Shown here: positions 10,120 through 20,563 of the stretch, one piece after another
Position numbering within the stretch: the first letter of the stretch is position 1
Layout of the letters: each line of letters begins with the position of its first letter
DNA from: Cenarchaeum sp.
GTDB taxonomy: Archaea > Thermoproteota > Nitrososphaeria > Nitrososphaerales > Nitrosopumilaceae
Length of the DNA: 64,000 nt
Reading direction: 5' to 3'
NCBI GenBank assembly: GCA_963693095.2
Contig: OY843768.1
Span: 1,024,001 to 1,088,000, forward strand
Position numbers and translations under genes: made by a program
Notes under the pieces: model-generated
The model's input: only the letters and a program-made list of their open reading frames with translations
Told to the model about the DNA's origin: nothing
Databases searched by the model: none

Positions 10120-10563
10120 CTAGTGAAGAAATCTAGGCAGGCTGCGAATCTTGTGGGCCAGCGAGAGGCTTCCCGGACCGGCGACGATGACTAGGAGCGA
10201 GACGGCCAGGAGCATGAGGTCATACTCGTACGCGTCGGCTCCCTCGGCGCCGGCGTATGAGGCCAGGCCCTTTATGACTATCATTGCGGCGAGCATGATG
10301 ACTGCGATTATCGAGGCCGATATGCGGCTCAGGACGCCGATGACCAAGAGTATGCCGGGTATAAACTCGCCGGCCGCTATAATCATCGCAAACTCGGGCG
10401 ATATGCCATATGTCGACATCCAGCCGATAAAGCCCTCGTTGCCAAACTTGCCATACCCGTGGACGATGAACGCCACGCCTAGTGCGATCCTCATGCCACA
10501 GTAGGCGATATCCGTGAGCCTCTTTGGGCGAAATGCTGCTCCCTCGAGCTTTTCTGCTGTCAT
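10120..10563 (-). CDS. DoxX family membrane protein
   Basis: R..LG..FI.HG..KF, GE...G, EY...L, GPG.LSL. Confidence 0.88.
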   Translation of the reverse strand: MTAEKLEGAAFRPKRLTDIAYCGMRIALGVAFIVHGYGKFGNEGFIGWMSTYGISPEFAMIIAAGEFIPGILLVIGVLSRISASIIAVIMLAAMIVIKGLASYAGAEGADAYEYDLMLLAVSLLVIVAGPGSLSLAHKIRSLPRFLH

Positions 10564-10670
10564 GCCTGGTCTAGGCGTCTCTTCCACGCGTCATGGCCCC
10601 AACTGGCACTATTTAACTCAAGCGGGCACGGCCGCACGAGCCATGCCGCAGGCACGGTGACTCTATTATA

Positions 10671-12809
10671 TTGCCACGCGCCCTAGGACGAGTCATGGGC
10701 GGTTCGGAGAGGCGCGGTGCGGCCATGCCCGAGTGGAGGGTCGCGATGCTGCCGGCGCTTGCGGTCTCTTTTGCGCTCATCGCCGTGTCGATCACGGCGA
10801 TGGCCATAATATCGGACAGCGTGACAAAGGGGTCGATAAACTCACTCGTCGGCGAACAGTCGACGTTCGCCTCGCATGCGGCCCTCGCTAGAATCGACGA
10901 GGAGATCAATGACAGAATAGGCGAGCTGCTCGTTCTGGGAACCGAGCCGAGGATCCGCGCGGCTCTGGCGCACCACAGCTCTGATGGCGACGGGCCGCGG
11001 GGGCTTGCGCATGCGCGAGCCGAGGCGCTGCTGGAAGAGAGGATCGGCTCGCAGGGGGCGCCGTTTGCCGCAATTGCGCTACTGGGCGCAGACGGGCGCA
11101 CCGTCGCCGTGGGCGGTGCGGTCGCAGACACCGTCACGTCCGGCGAGCGCGACGTGCTAGTGTCTGATGCGCACTATGACGCGACGATCGGCAGGGATGT
11201 CATCAGGATCAGCACCACGCTAAGGGACGCTGGGGGCGCAGTGTCCGGCGAGCTCGTCGCGTTCATGGAGATGCACGAGGTCTATCGCATTGCCCGAGAG
11301 ACGCAGAACAGCGTGCGCCTCGGCATGGCGACTGTGGACATTTACAGGCTCGACGGCCGTCCCGTCTATGCGTCCTCGCCGAACGGGGACTTTGGCTCCC
11401 TTGAGCTAGTCGCGCCGGGATTTGCGCAGGTTCCCGAGGGCGTCAGGGACGAGCTCGAGAGGCGCTTTGAGGAGATCGACGCCGAGTATGAGCGCGTTTT
11501 TGCCGAGTACGGCTTTGAGCAGCCCGTTCTCGACGAGGACGAGGCCCACGAGTACATGGTTCGCGTCAGGGAGCTCGACGAGCGCTATATGAGAATCATC
11601 TCCGGTGCGGACGGCGACATCGACGGCTCTAGGGCCGATGACCTCAGGTGGGCAATGGAGGGCGCGCTCTCTGATGCCGTGATCATCGACGAGATTGAGG
11701 GCATTATCGACGAGGCTAGCGCCGGCTCCCTAGAGGACGTCTTTGAGGCGTATGACGTCGAGCACAGCAAGATCGCCGCAGACTATGGCATAAGCCACCC
11801 CATGCTGACTGAGGACGAGGAGATCGCACTAGCCGCCGAGACTGCGCGCATTGACGAGATGTCATCAAGGGTCTATGACGGCCTTGATGTCGACTATACC
11901 TTTGGCGAGCGCGGGTTTGTCATTGTGGGCCACGGCGAGGAGGAGACGCTCCACTCGTTCTCGCGGCAGGCCGGATACGGCGACTTTGACGGCCTCGGCT
12001 GGACCCTAGTCGTACACACAAACCTCAATGACGCCCTAGTCGAGGCCAACTCGCAGCGCAACGCGCTCCTTGCGCTTGCCGCCGTCATCGGCATTGTCGC
12101 CGGCGCGCTGAGCGCATACCTTGCGCGCACAATGTACTTTCAGTCAAGGCGGCTGCGCCAGACCGAAAAGATCGGCGCAATAGGGCACCTTGCCTCAAAC
12201 ATCGCGCACGACCTGCGCAACCCGCTCGGGATCATACGAAACTCGACTGAGCGCATCAGGCGGCAGGCCGGAGGCGGGGACGGCATCGTCGACGGCGAGC
12301 TCGACAGGGTGAACCGCGCGATATCCAGAATGTCGCACCAGATCGAGGGTGTCCTAAACTATGTTCGCACAACTCCGGTCATCGCAAAGGAGTGTCGCGT
12401 GAGCGAGATGCTAAAGTATGCCGTAGAGTCAATCGAGATTCCGGACAACGTGTCTGTCGAGCTGCCGCACGAGGACGCAGTCATCGAGTGTGACCGCGAA
12501 AAGATAGAGATCACGTTTGCGAACCTGCTCCTCAATGCGGTTCATGCGATCGGCGAGCAGGACGGGAAGATAGCTGTTCGCATGGCCGAGCGTGGCGATG
12601 CGATACACATGGAGTTTGAGAACACGGGGCCGGCCATACCAAAGGGCGACCTGCCGCACATATTTGAGCCGCTCTTTACGACAAAGCTAAAGGGCACTGG
12701 CCTTGGCCTGTCAGGCTGCCGCAACATTGTCGAGCAGCACGGCGGCACGATAGGCGCGTCGGCGAGTCCCGTCGTGTTTGCCGTGATGCTGCCCAAAAGG
12801 CAGCGATAG
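10671..12809 (+). CDS. Membrane sensor histidine kinase with large extracytoplasmic domain
   Basis: Two TM segments; H-box IAHDLRNPL, N-box NLLLNA, FEPLFTTK.KGTGLGL; true start uncertain (10671-10725). Confidence 0.92.
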   Translation: MPRALGRVMGGSERRGAAMPEWRVAMLPALAVSFALIAVSITAMAIISDSVTKGSINSLVGEQSTFASHAALARIDEEINDRIGELLVLGTEPRIRAALAHHSSDGDGPRGLAHARAEALLEERIGSQGAPFAAIALLGADGRTVAVGGAVADTVTSGERDVLVSDAHYDATIGRDVIRISTTLRDAGGAVSGELVAFMEMHEVYRIARETQNSVRLGMATVDIYRLDGRPVYASSPNGDFGSLELVAPGFAQVPEGVRDELERRFEEIDAEYERVFAEYGFEQPVLDEDEAHEYMVRVRELDERYMRIISGADGDIDGSRADDLRWAMEGALSDAVIIDEIEGIIDEASAGSLEDVFEAYDVEHSKIAADYGISHPMLTEDEEIALAAETARIDEMSSRVYDGLDVDYTFGERGFVIVGHGEEETLHSFSRQAGYGDFDGLGWTLVVHTNLNDALVEANSQRNALLALAAVIGIVAGALSAYLARTMYFQSRRLRQTEKIGAIGHLASNIAHDLRNPLGIIRNSTERIRRQAGGGDGIVDGELDRVNRAISRMSHQIEGVLNYVRTTPVIAKECRVSEMLKYAVESIEIPDNVSVELPHEDAVIECDREKIEITFANLLLNAVHAIGEQDGKIAVRMAERGDAIHMEFENTGPAIPKGDLPHIFEPLFTTKLKGTGLGLSGCRNIVEQHGGTIGASASPVVFAVMLPKRQR

Positions 12810-12813
12810 CGCC

Positions 12814-13095
12814 TCAGGCCGTGCGCTTTATGATGTGGTATCCATACTCGGTCTTTACGGGCGCCGAGGTCTCGCCGGGTGAGAGCGTAAAGGCAATCTC
12901 CTCAAAGGGCTTTACCATCTTGCCTCGCGCAAAATAGCCGAGGTTGCCGTCGCGCTTTGCGCTTCCCGTGTCAAGGGACGCCTCGCGCGCCAGGCGGCCA
13001 AATTTCTCGCCTGACTCTAGGCGCTCGAGTATTGTGATTGCCTCGCCGTGCTTTTTGACGAGTATGTGCGAGCACTTTATCTTGGCTGCTGCCAT
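12814..13095 (-). CDS. Parvulin-type peptidyl-prolyl cis-trans isomerase
   Basis: CSHILVK, F..LA...S.D, GNLGYF.RG.MVKPFE, GYHII. Confidence 0.95.
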   Translation of the reverse strand: MAAAKIKCSHILVKKHGEAITILERLESGEKFGRLAREASLDTGSAKRDGNLGYFARGKMVKPFEEIAFTLSPGETSAPVKTEYGYHIIKRTA

Positions 13096-13258
13096 GGGGC
13101 ACATGGGCGGATCAAGGGTAAAAAACTGTTTTGGGCGCCCACAGGAGCGGGAAGGTCAGGGCCGCGCAGCGATGGCACATGGCGCGTTCGAGCGGGCGCC
13201 TGCCGCCGATCATAATCATGCCAAAGTTGGGCAACGTGCCGCCACAATGCGCGATCCA

Positions 13259-13690
13259 CTACATGGGCAGGAAGGGCAGGACAAACAGAGAGAGCGCAAC
13301 CATGGCTCCCGCACCGGCAAGCACAAGTCCGGACAGGAGGCTCAGCTGTGCCATGTGCACCCTGGCCCCAATCCTGGCCATGTCCTGCTCGCGGCTGTAC
13401 AGCGCAATAAAACATGACCTGATTAGCATCACGTATCTCGTGTGATCTGACATTTTTATCAGTGTGTCTAGCATACCGTCATCCACCTTGCCGCCTTTTA
13501 CCAAGTTTTCAGACGATATGGGCTGGTATATGCATGAAACAGATAGCGCCCGTGCAGAAAAGATCATCGATATCATCGCCCCTGCAAGTCCGGCCATGCC
13601 GAGCATTATTGTGGCCGCTATTGCCTGAACTGGCAGCATTTGAGGATCAACTATGCGCCTCCGTGATGTCACTTGTGGGCATTGCCTCAA
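13259..13690 (-). CDS. Hypothetical membrane protein
   Basis: Two long hydrophobic segments; start uncertain (TTG 13690 or ATG 13639). Confidence 0.5.
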   Translation of the reverse strand: MRQCPQVTSRRRIVDPQMLPVQAIAATIMLGMAGLAGAMISMIFSARALSVSCIYQPISSENLVKGGKVDDGMLDTLIKMSDHTRYVMLIRSCFIALYSREQDMARIGARVHMAQLSLLSGLVLAGAGAMVALSLFVLPFLPM

Positions 13691-13791
13691 ACGGCGCGCA
13701 CATAGCCGCCAATCTCCAAGAGCTCTGGCTTTTTCTTTCTCTCCTTTGGCTCGGCTGCCTTGGCCTTGCCATCAGACTTGTCCTTGCCCAT
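13687..13791 (-). CDS. Putative 34-aa Lys-rich microprotein (MGKDKSDGKAKAAEPKERKKKPELLEIGGYVRAV)
   Basis: ATG-TGA ORF; stop overlaps TTG of the downstream membrane ORF (TTGA). Confidence 0.35.
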   Translation of the reverse strand: MGKDKSDGKAKAAEPKERKKKPELLEIGGYVRAV

Positions 13792-13808
13792 CAGATGGCC
13801 GGAGACTC

Positions 13809-14354
13809 GGCGTCGTTATAAATATTCCAGGGTCATGCGCGTATGAGGCCAGCACCTCTCCGCCCATTTGGACAAATGGGCGCGATCTCGACCAATCCAT
13901 TTACCGCTGCGGCGCCTGCCTGGGCATGAGCGGTGGCGGTGCTGATCTCGTAATGTGCCAGTGCCGGCAAGGCGTAGACAGCAATGCTGGTGCCACGCGT
14001 GGCGGGGTTAGCCCTCGTCATCTGACATGTAGGGGCAGAGCCTGGCGAACTCGAGCTCGGCGGCGGGCGCCCCACGTTGCCTGGATCGGGCGCGAGGAGC
14101 ACCTGAGCAACCGCGGCGAGTGGCTGTGGGACAACGGCTACGGCCGGAGGCCGTCAGGAGAGACGACGTTCTCCACGATCAAGCTGGTGTTCCGCGACCA
14201 CGTGAGGGCGCTGAACTGGGGCCAGGTGGTCCGCGAGGTGGCATTCATGGCGTACGCGTACAACCGGCTGATCGACATGGCGGGCGGTCCGGGGTGAGCC
14301 GCGGCCTGGGGCGCCATGCGTGGCACGCGCGGTCACCGGTTATGAAACAACGCC
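13809..14354 (+). mobile_element. Degenerate, internally deleted IS5-family (IS903-group-like) element
   Basis: C-terminal transposase fragment ~14060-14297 (W...GYGRR..GETTFSTIK..F...V.A......EV..MAY.YN); right end TTATGAAACAACGCC 14340-14354; decayed left end GGCGTCGTTATAAAT at 13809. Confidence 0.7.
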
Positions 14355-14436
14355 GTACACGATGACCCTGCCATACCACCTTGAGGCACAAGAAACCTCA
14401 TGGCATCATGGAACAGGCCAGTCATGCGCGTTCCCG

Positions 14437-15456
14437 TCACCCAACCCTGCGTATCCTCTCAGAGCGCTGACCGGGAACGTCAATCACGTACCTTCCGTCG
14501 CCGAGCTGCTCAAACCACTCATAGAGAACCTGCACGTTTCCCGTGAGATCCCGCCGGCTCGGAACCGGCACGTCAGTGCAGTTGTCCTGTATCCACTCCT
14601 TTACACGTCCAAAGTACGTCTCTGGGTCTATGAATGAGTCCATCTGTTGCACAAACGGGTGCGCAAAGAATCGTGATGCCAGCTGTGCGCGAAACTCTGC
14701 CTCTGACAGACCCAGCTCTATACCATAGTTTGCCAGGTCATGGAACACACATGCTGCCACCTCGTCATCATCAGACGGCTCTAGTCCCTGCCCCATTCTC
14801 GCGTATCCGGACACGAGGTCATCAACGCTCCTAGTCATCGGCAGTGCCGATACCAGAAACTTGTCTGGCTGCATTCTCACAAGCGAGTCAAGCTCATCCT
14901 CTGTCTTTGGTGGCTGCGGCTGTTTCCTAATCCATGCAGAAAGCTTGTCATACATTTCATCATCCACAAGCCGTGATTCGCAACGTATGCGCTCAAAGTA
15001 CACACGGTCATCCGGTGAGGCCTCTTTTACAAGCACGCCCATCTCATGGTTGCCGCCCTCGTGCATTCCCCTGCGCGACATGTTTCCCGTGCAGAGCACA
15101 TAGTGGCGCAGTCCGACCGAGACAACCTTTAGGTGGATTTTAGAGTTCACGTAGAGCCTGATGTCCTGCTCCTTGCAGTACGGATACAGGGACAGCTCGG
15201 ATGAGCCTGACACAAGATCCCTAGTGTCCCACGTCGTGATGATCACCACCTTGGAGTCGATGCCGTCTAGGAGCTCCCTGACCACGTCTGTCCGGATATA
15301 GGGGACGATGATGTGGATCGTCTCGCCGCTGCGCGAGTGCTCCTCAATATAGGCCCTGACGCGCGCATAGAGGGGGCTCTGAAACGTGGGCTGCTCGTCG
15401 GTCAATCCGGCGCGCACGCGCGGGGTTCCCGTATATGGATGGTTGGAAGAGGCCAC
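14437..15456 (-). CDS. Phospholipase D-family (restriction endonuclease-like) nuclease domain protein
   Basis: IIVPYI; IHLKVV...TGNMSRRG...NHE (HxK with degenerate D); true start may be downstream. Confidence 0.75.
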   Translation of the reverse strand: MASSNHPYTGTPRVRAGLTDEQPTFQSPLYARVRAYIEEHSRSGETIHIIVPYIRTDVVRELLDGIDSKVVIITTWDTRDLVSGSSELSLYPYCKEQDIRLYVNSKIHLKVVSVGLRHYVLCTGNMSRRGMHEGGNHEMGVLVKEASPDDRVYFERIRCESRLVDDEMYDKLSAWIRKQPQPPKTEDELDSLVRMQPDKFLVSALPMTRSVDDLVSGYARMGQGLEPSDDDEVAACVFHDLANYGIELGLSEAEFRAQLASRFFAHPFVQQMDSFIDPETYFGRVKEWIQDNCTDVPVPSRRDLTGNVQVLYEWFEQLGDGRYVIDVPGQRSERIRRVG

Positions 15457-15608
15457 AAGGCACAGAAACGATCAACAGAGAAATGTGGCGCAAGCGTGTA
15501 AACTGAGCACATCATTGAGATCTACTCCAATGAAAAGGTGCAAGTATGAGCATAACAAGCACGTAGTCAAGATGCTTGTTCAAACAACTAAACCACTTAA
15601 CTCACACA

Positions 15609-15961
15609 AGCGTTGTTTCATAACCTCTCCCGGGTATCATTCCCGCATGCTCCCCTGCCCGGCGTCCTTCGCACGAGGCACGCGGCAGTTTAACCAAGTC
15701 ACAAATGGATCGGCGCGTGCGATGGCTGGTGTCATGGACGCAAAGTACGTTGACAGAGAGAAGATGTTCGTCATTGGCTGGTACACTAGGGGCAAGCTAG
15801 TGCCTCGCGTCGTCCGCGTCCGCGCGCATGGCAAACATCCTGTCCCTGCCAACGTACTTTGCGTTCTCTGTGCCAGCCAACGCGATGTCAGCTCACGAGC
15901 CGAGCCATTTAGGGTTAAGTCGTGGACGTCACGTGCATAGACGCGGTTATGAGATAGGGCC
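15609..15961 (+). mobile_element. Second IS903-like remnant/MITE
   Basis: GCGTTGTTTCATAACC (15610-15625) is the exact reverse complement of 14338-14353; decayed right end GGTTATGAGATAGGGCC (15945-15961) matches 14338-14354 at 13/17. Confidence 0.55.
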
Positions 15962-16202
15962 ACAGATGCGGCAGGCTCATAACCATTACCAATCACAACA
16001 GATTTGTATCATGTAATACTAACGCAGTTCAAAAGATTTTAAAATAGTATTGTTATTCTACGTGTCATTCAAAACAAATCAAAAAAAGAGCGAACAGTAG
16101 AATTAAAAAACAAAAATTATTGCAGGAGTTTAGGTTTGAGGACATTAAAGAAGTTGATGAACAAATAATGAATAGACACATACAGAATAAAACTTCTATA
16201 AA

Positions 16203-18026
16203 TTATTTATCTAATTTCTTACGAATCGGATTTAAATCGATTTCTTTAGTGATTATATCTATAAGACGATTATGGCGTTTGAGTATTTCGTCGACATTCC
16301 AGATTGGAATTTCAGTTAATTCTTTTGTTATTTTATAAGTTGGTGATTTGCCATATACAATTTTTTTGTCTTCAAATGATTTTTTGCCAGCATCAACATT
16401 ATATTCATGAGCTAAAAGAGTTTGATTACCAATTAATCTATAATGCTTGGTATGAATAATATTAATAATTTGTTTAGGGGATTTGCCAGCAATTTCTTTG
16501 TTGTGGGTAAGAATATAGTCGTTCCAGAGATCATGATCTTTAGGCATTATATGTTCGACGGTTGTGCCAACACGACTTATTTTGTCAGACTTTTCGTATT
16601 CAACTTCCTCTAAGAGGACCTGAGCTTGACGGCCACGTGCAAAATCTTTAGTGTACAAAACACCTTTTATCGCTTCGTCATCAGGATATTCATTACCGAT
16701 TAATATCTTGTCAGAGATTATTTTACCCAATGAAACACCTTTATAAATATCACAAATAACACCATATAATTTACGTTCATAATTTTTGGTTTCAAATATA
16801 CGTGTTATAACCATAACCCTGACATGATACTTAAAACATAGCGTGACTAAATCTTCAAAGGTTTCATGATCTTTGCGCTTCCAATATTTTTCATAACCTG
16901 CCAAAAGGACAGGATACACATAGATGGCGCCCATATCGTTAATTTTTTTAAGATAGTAAATGGTGTTCGGGCTATTTTGAAAGTGAATCGGATCAGCTGT
17001 TCAAATTTTTTCAAATACCTTTGACCAGGACGATAATTCATCTATTATCGTATCAGGCATCATGCCAGAGTTTATCAATTTTTTGAACCCATTAGGGATT
17101 AGCTTGAGGTGCGGGACAGTTTTGGGACGATATTTATTTAAAAGTAGGTAATGGTTTAGAAATTTGTCAAGCTTGTAATTAGAGCCATTATAACTAGTCA
17201 CATTGTCAACTATGCCCTTCCATTCACGATCATAACGCTTTGTAATCTTATCTCCATCTGTGTTTTGTTCTATCATGCTCAGCAGATATGCCTTAACATG
17301 ATCAGCCGGATTAAGTTTTATTCCACGGTTGTTGATTAATTCAAACATACGATATATGTCTGTATGGCGAGCATAAGAAATGTGATAAACGAAGAATTTA
17401 TTCAAGACATTATTAATATATTCATAGGCCTGATCAATGTCATGTTCGTCCTTATGAGGAAGTTTTGCCACATGGAGGCGAATTTTAGTATACGCAGATA
17501 TTAGCCTCATGTTAGATTTGTTGCTATACTTTGGCTTGAGATCAGTTGCGGTATGTCCAACATTACGTTTAGGTCTAGGTTCTGGTTCAAAAGGAATAGA
17601 TATGAGCATCTCGTGAAAAAGATCTTTGTCGGTTTGGCTCAGAGTCAAGATAGGGGCAGAGCCGTTAATAGTCGATTTGTCGTCAATATGCAAGATTCGA
17701 CTAAGAGTTTTCAAATATTTTTGAGCGTTATTGTATTTTTTATGTTTATCAAAAAAGTTTCTGGCACAGATCAGCAATAATAACGCAGTGGTTAGGCGTT
17801 GTTGACCATCAATTATCGTGGTAGGTTGAGCAGAGTCGTTGTTTGTGGTGATAATCAGTCCGAATGGATGTTCTTCATCATTGCGAACTTTATCCAAATC
17901 ATCAAGAAAGTCAGCCACATGTTTTGGTTTCCATGAATAGCCACGTTGCTGGGAGGGGATGACATAGTGTGTGTTAGATCTAAGCACTTTTTTCAAGGGT
18001 TGCTTGTCCACAAGAAAACGACTCAC
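16203..18026 (-). pseudogene. DUF262 + DUF1524 (HNH) protein, SspE/GmrSD-like, interrupted by one in-frame TGA at 17001-17003
   Basis: YVIP.QQRGYSW, IIDGQQRLTT, FELINNRG (DUF262); TVEHIMPK and IGNQTLL...N (HNH); the two ORFs share a frame and the 22 codons between them are sense. Confidence 0.85.
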
Positions 18027-18404
18027 TAGCCAGTAATTAAACTTAATCTGCTGCCTAGCCAGGCAGAGGAGTGCAGGCCAATAGCTCGATAGGCGGAAAT
18101 CTGACTAGACGCGATCTAGTAGCGGAACACACCGATGGGAAATTCTAGCACCACATCAGGCAATATGAAGGGCAGGTTACAGAAAAGGCCATGTAGTCAA
18201 TATCCGTCATGAGGCTAGATGACATGGGGTAAACAGAACAAAATCAGCCACATGGTATGGCAAGTGCTCCAATCAGCTCATTTGGCTGGCATAGGAGGCA
18301 TCACTGGCCACAGTCTGAGACCTTCCGGCCGCAGATCAACCCCCCGGCACGCACTGTGGGTGAAAACAACATCAATAATGGGTTGATCGCAGGCACAACC
18401 AAAT

Positions 18405-18453
18405 TGATTTAAACTCCCACCCCCTCGTGGGGGCATGGCAGGCCAGGAGTTGA
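18405..18453 (+). promoter_or_regulatory. Putative TATA box (TTTAAA 18408-18413) and RBS-like GGAG upstream of the ssp-like operon
   Basis: TGATTTAAAC ~45 nt before ATG 18458; GGAGTTGA 5 nt before the start. Confidence 0.45.
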
Positions 18454-18457
18454 TCGC

Positions 18458-19297
18458 ATGACGCGCCACGTGTGCGGCATATCGGGCGGCAAGGACTCTA
18501 GCGCGCTGGCCGTCTACATGAGGGACAAGGTTCCGGACATGGAATACTTCTTTTGTGACACGGGGGCCGAGCTTCCCGAGACGTATGCGTACATCAACAA
18601 GCTAGAGGTCGTCCTCGGCAAAAAGATTGCCCGCCTCAACTCTAGCCGCGGGTTTGACCACTATTTCGAGGTCTTCAAGGGATGCCTGCCGTCCCCGCAG
18701 ATGAGGTGGTGCACAAAGCTCCTAAAGATAAAGCCGCTCGAGGAGTGGCTCGGCGATGACGAGTCCGTCTCATATGTCGCCATACGCGCCGACGAAAAGA
18801 ACCGCAAGGGGCACGTGTCATCTAGACCCAACATAACTACCCAGTACCCGTTCATCGACGATGACATTGACCTCGATGGCGTGAACCGCATACTCGAGGA
18901 GGCCGGCATTGGCCTGCCCGACTATTACAAGTGGCGCACGCGCTCGGGCTGCTACTTTTGCTTTTTCCAGCGCAAGGCTGAATGGGTCGGCCTGCAGCAA
19001 CACCACCCAGAGCTCTTCAAGCAGGCAGTCGCAATCGAGAACAAGGTCCTAAAGGACGCAGGCGCCAATGGTGATGCGTCATTTGCCGATCACGCAATGG
19101 AGGGCAGGCAGTACACGTGGTCGCAGGGAGAGACACTCATACAGCTAGTCAGCCGAAAGGACCAGATACTAGAGAACCACAAGGCCGCAATGGAGCGCTC
19201 CAAGGGAAAAAGGAAAAACCTGCCGCTAGTGGACGTCTTAGGCGGAGCGCTAGACGACGAGGAGGACACAAAGGCATGCACAATGTGCCATCTATAG
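18458..19297 (+). CDS. sspD: PAPS-reductase-family protein, SspD-like
   Basis: PP-loop SGGKDS, DTG.ELPETY, PS...RWCT, RSGCYFCFFQ...EW, C-terminal CxxC; context with desulfurase, DUF4007 and ATPase. Confidence 0.85.
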   Translation: MTRHVCGISGGKDSSALAVYMRDKVPDMEYFFCDTGAELPETYAYINKLEVVLGKKIARLNSSRGFDHYFEVFKGCLPSPQMRWCTKLLKIKPLEEWLGDDESVSYVAIRADEKNRKGHVSSRPNITTQYPFIDDDIDLDGVNRILEEAGIGLPDYYKWRTRSGCYFCFFQRKAEWVGLQQHHPELFKQAVAIENKVLKDAGANGDASFADHAMEGRQYTWSQGETLIQLVSRKDQILENHKAAMERSKGKRKNLPLVDVLGGALDDEEDTKACTMCHL

Positions 19298-19336
19298 TGT
19301 GGTCAACGACCCACCTGCGTTCAAGCGGAGGGCGAC

Positions 19337-20563
19337 ATGGAAGATAACAACGGTCGTGCTGGCACACACGGTTCGGGCAATGTCACGTACATGGACTATA
19401 ACTCTACTACTCCCGTGGATCCACGCGTCATTAGGGAGATGGAGCCGCTGTTCAGCACATGGTATGGCAACCCGTCAAGTGAGTATCACCGATATGGCCG
19501 GGACGCAGTGGCTAGGGCAGAGCGCGCACGCGCGCAAGTTGCCGAGCTTGTCGGCATGGGTTCACCCGATGTCATATTCACGTCAGGCGCCACAGAGGCC
19601 AACAACCTTGCGCTTCGGGGAATGGCCGAGGGGGCCGGAAGGCGCATTCGCATACTAGTCGGCGCCGCAGAGCACAAGTCCGTCCTAGAGGCAGCCGATG
19701 GCCTAGCCGAGCTCGGCCTAGCCACCACAGGCAGCGTGCCGGTGGGCAGTGACGGCGTCACTGACTGCGACGCCCTAGCCAACGCGCTCTCCGGGGACAA
19801 GGTCGACCTAGTCTCGATCATGGGAGCCAACAGCGAGACAGGCGTCGTGCAGCCGATCGGGCAGATCGCCGAGATTGTCCACGCGGCAGGCGCGATATAC
19901 CACTGCGACATGACTCAGGGGGTCGGCCGCATCCCCTTTGGCGCCTCTGGGCTAGGCGTTGACATGGTCTCGCTGAGCAGCCACAAGTTATACGGGCCCA
20001 AGGGGTGCGGCGCGCTCGTGGCGAGCAGGGAAGTGCGCAAGAGGCTGCGCGCAACGATGCGCGGTGGCGGCCAGGAAAACGACCTGCGCAGCGGAACGCT
20101 CAACGTGCCCGGCATCGTGGGGTTTGGCAAGGCATGCGAGATCGCCTCCAAGGACGGGCTTGCCGATGCCCCCCGGCAGCAGGCGCTCAGGGACGCACTA
20201 GAGGAGAGGCTCACGTCCAGGATTTCCGGGACGAGCGTGAACGGTGCTGATGCCCCACGCCTGCCCAACACGTCAAACGTGAGGTTTGAGGGCGTGTCTG
20301 CGATGGCAATGATCGCAAACGTGCCGTCACTGGCAATCTCGTCCGGAAGCGCGTGCTCGGCGTCCACGGTCTCCCCCTCGCACGTTCTGCTGGCCATGGG
20401 AATGGGCGACGAGGCGGCCGACGAGTCGCTCAGGTTCTCCATTGGCCGTCCGACAGTGGAGGCTGACATTGACGCCGCAATAGGCCAGGTTGTCGCCGCA
20501 GTCGAGCGCATAAGGGGCATGACAGAGAATGCCATGACAGTGGGTGAAGGACATGCACATTGA
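19337..20563 (+). CDS. sspA: Group I cysteine desulfurase, SspA/DndA/IscS-like
   Basis: YMDYNSTTP, GNPSS, FTSGATEANN, SSHK (PLP Lys), SSGSAC (catalytic Cys). Confidence 0.88.
   Translation: MEDNNGRAGTHGSGNVTYMDYNSTTPVDPRVIREMEPLFSTWYGNPSSEYHRYGRDAVARAERARAQVAELVGMGSPDVIFTSGATEANNLALRGMAEGAGRRIRILVGAAEHKSVLEAADGLAELGLATTGSVPVGSDGVTDCDALANALSGDKVDLVSIMGANSETGVVQPIGQIAEIVHAAGAIYHCDMTQGVGRIPFGASGLGVDMVSLSSHKLYGPKGCGALVASREVRKRLRATMRGGGQENDLRSGTLNVPGIVGFGKACEIASKDGLADAPRQQALRDALEERLTSRISGTSVNGADAPRLPNTSNVRFEGVSAMAMIANVPSLAISSGSACSASTVSPSHVLLAMGMGDEAADESLRFSIGRPTVEADIDAAIGQVVAAVERIRGMTENAMTVGEGHAH

Noticed and set aside
17001-17003. TGA as selenocysteine
   Set aside because: Falls in an inter-domain region with no catalytic Cys context; no SECIS-like element or Sec machinery evident
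18458-19297. Housekeeping PAPS/APS reductase for sulfate assimilation
   Set aside because: Lies in a defence island coupled to desulfurase/DUF4007, far from the sulfite reductase-rhodanese genes
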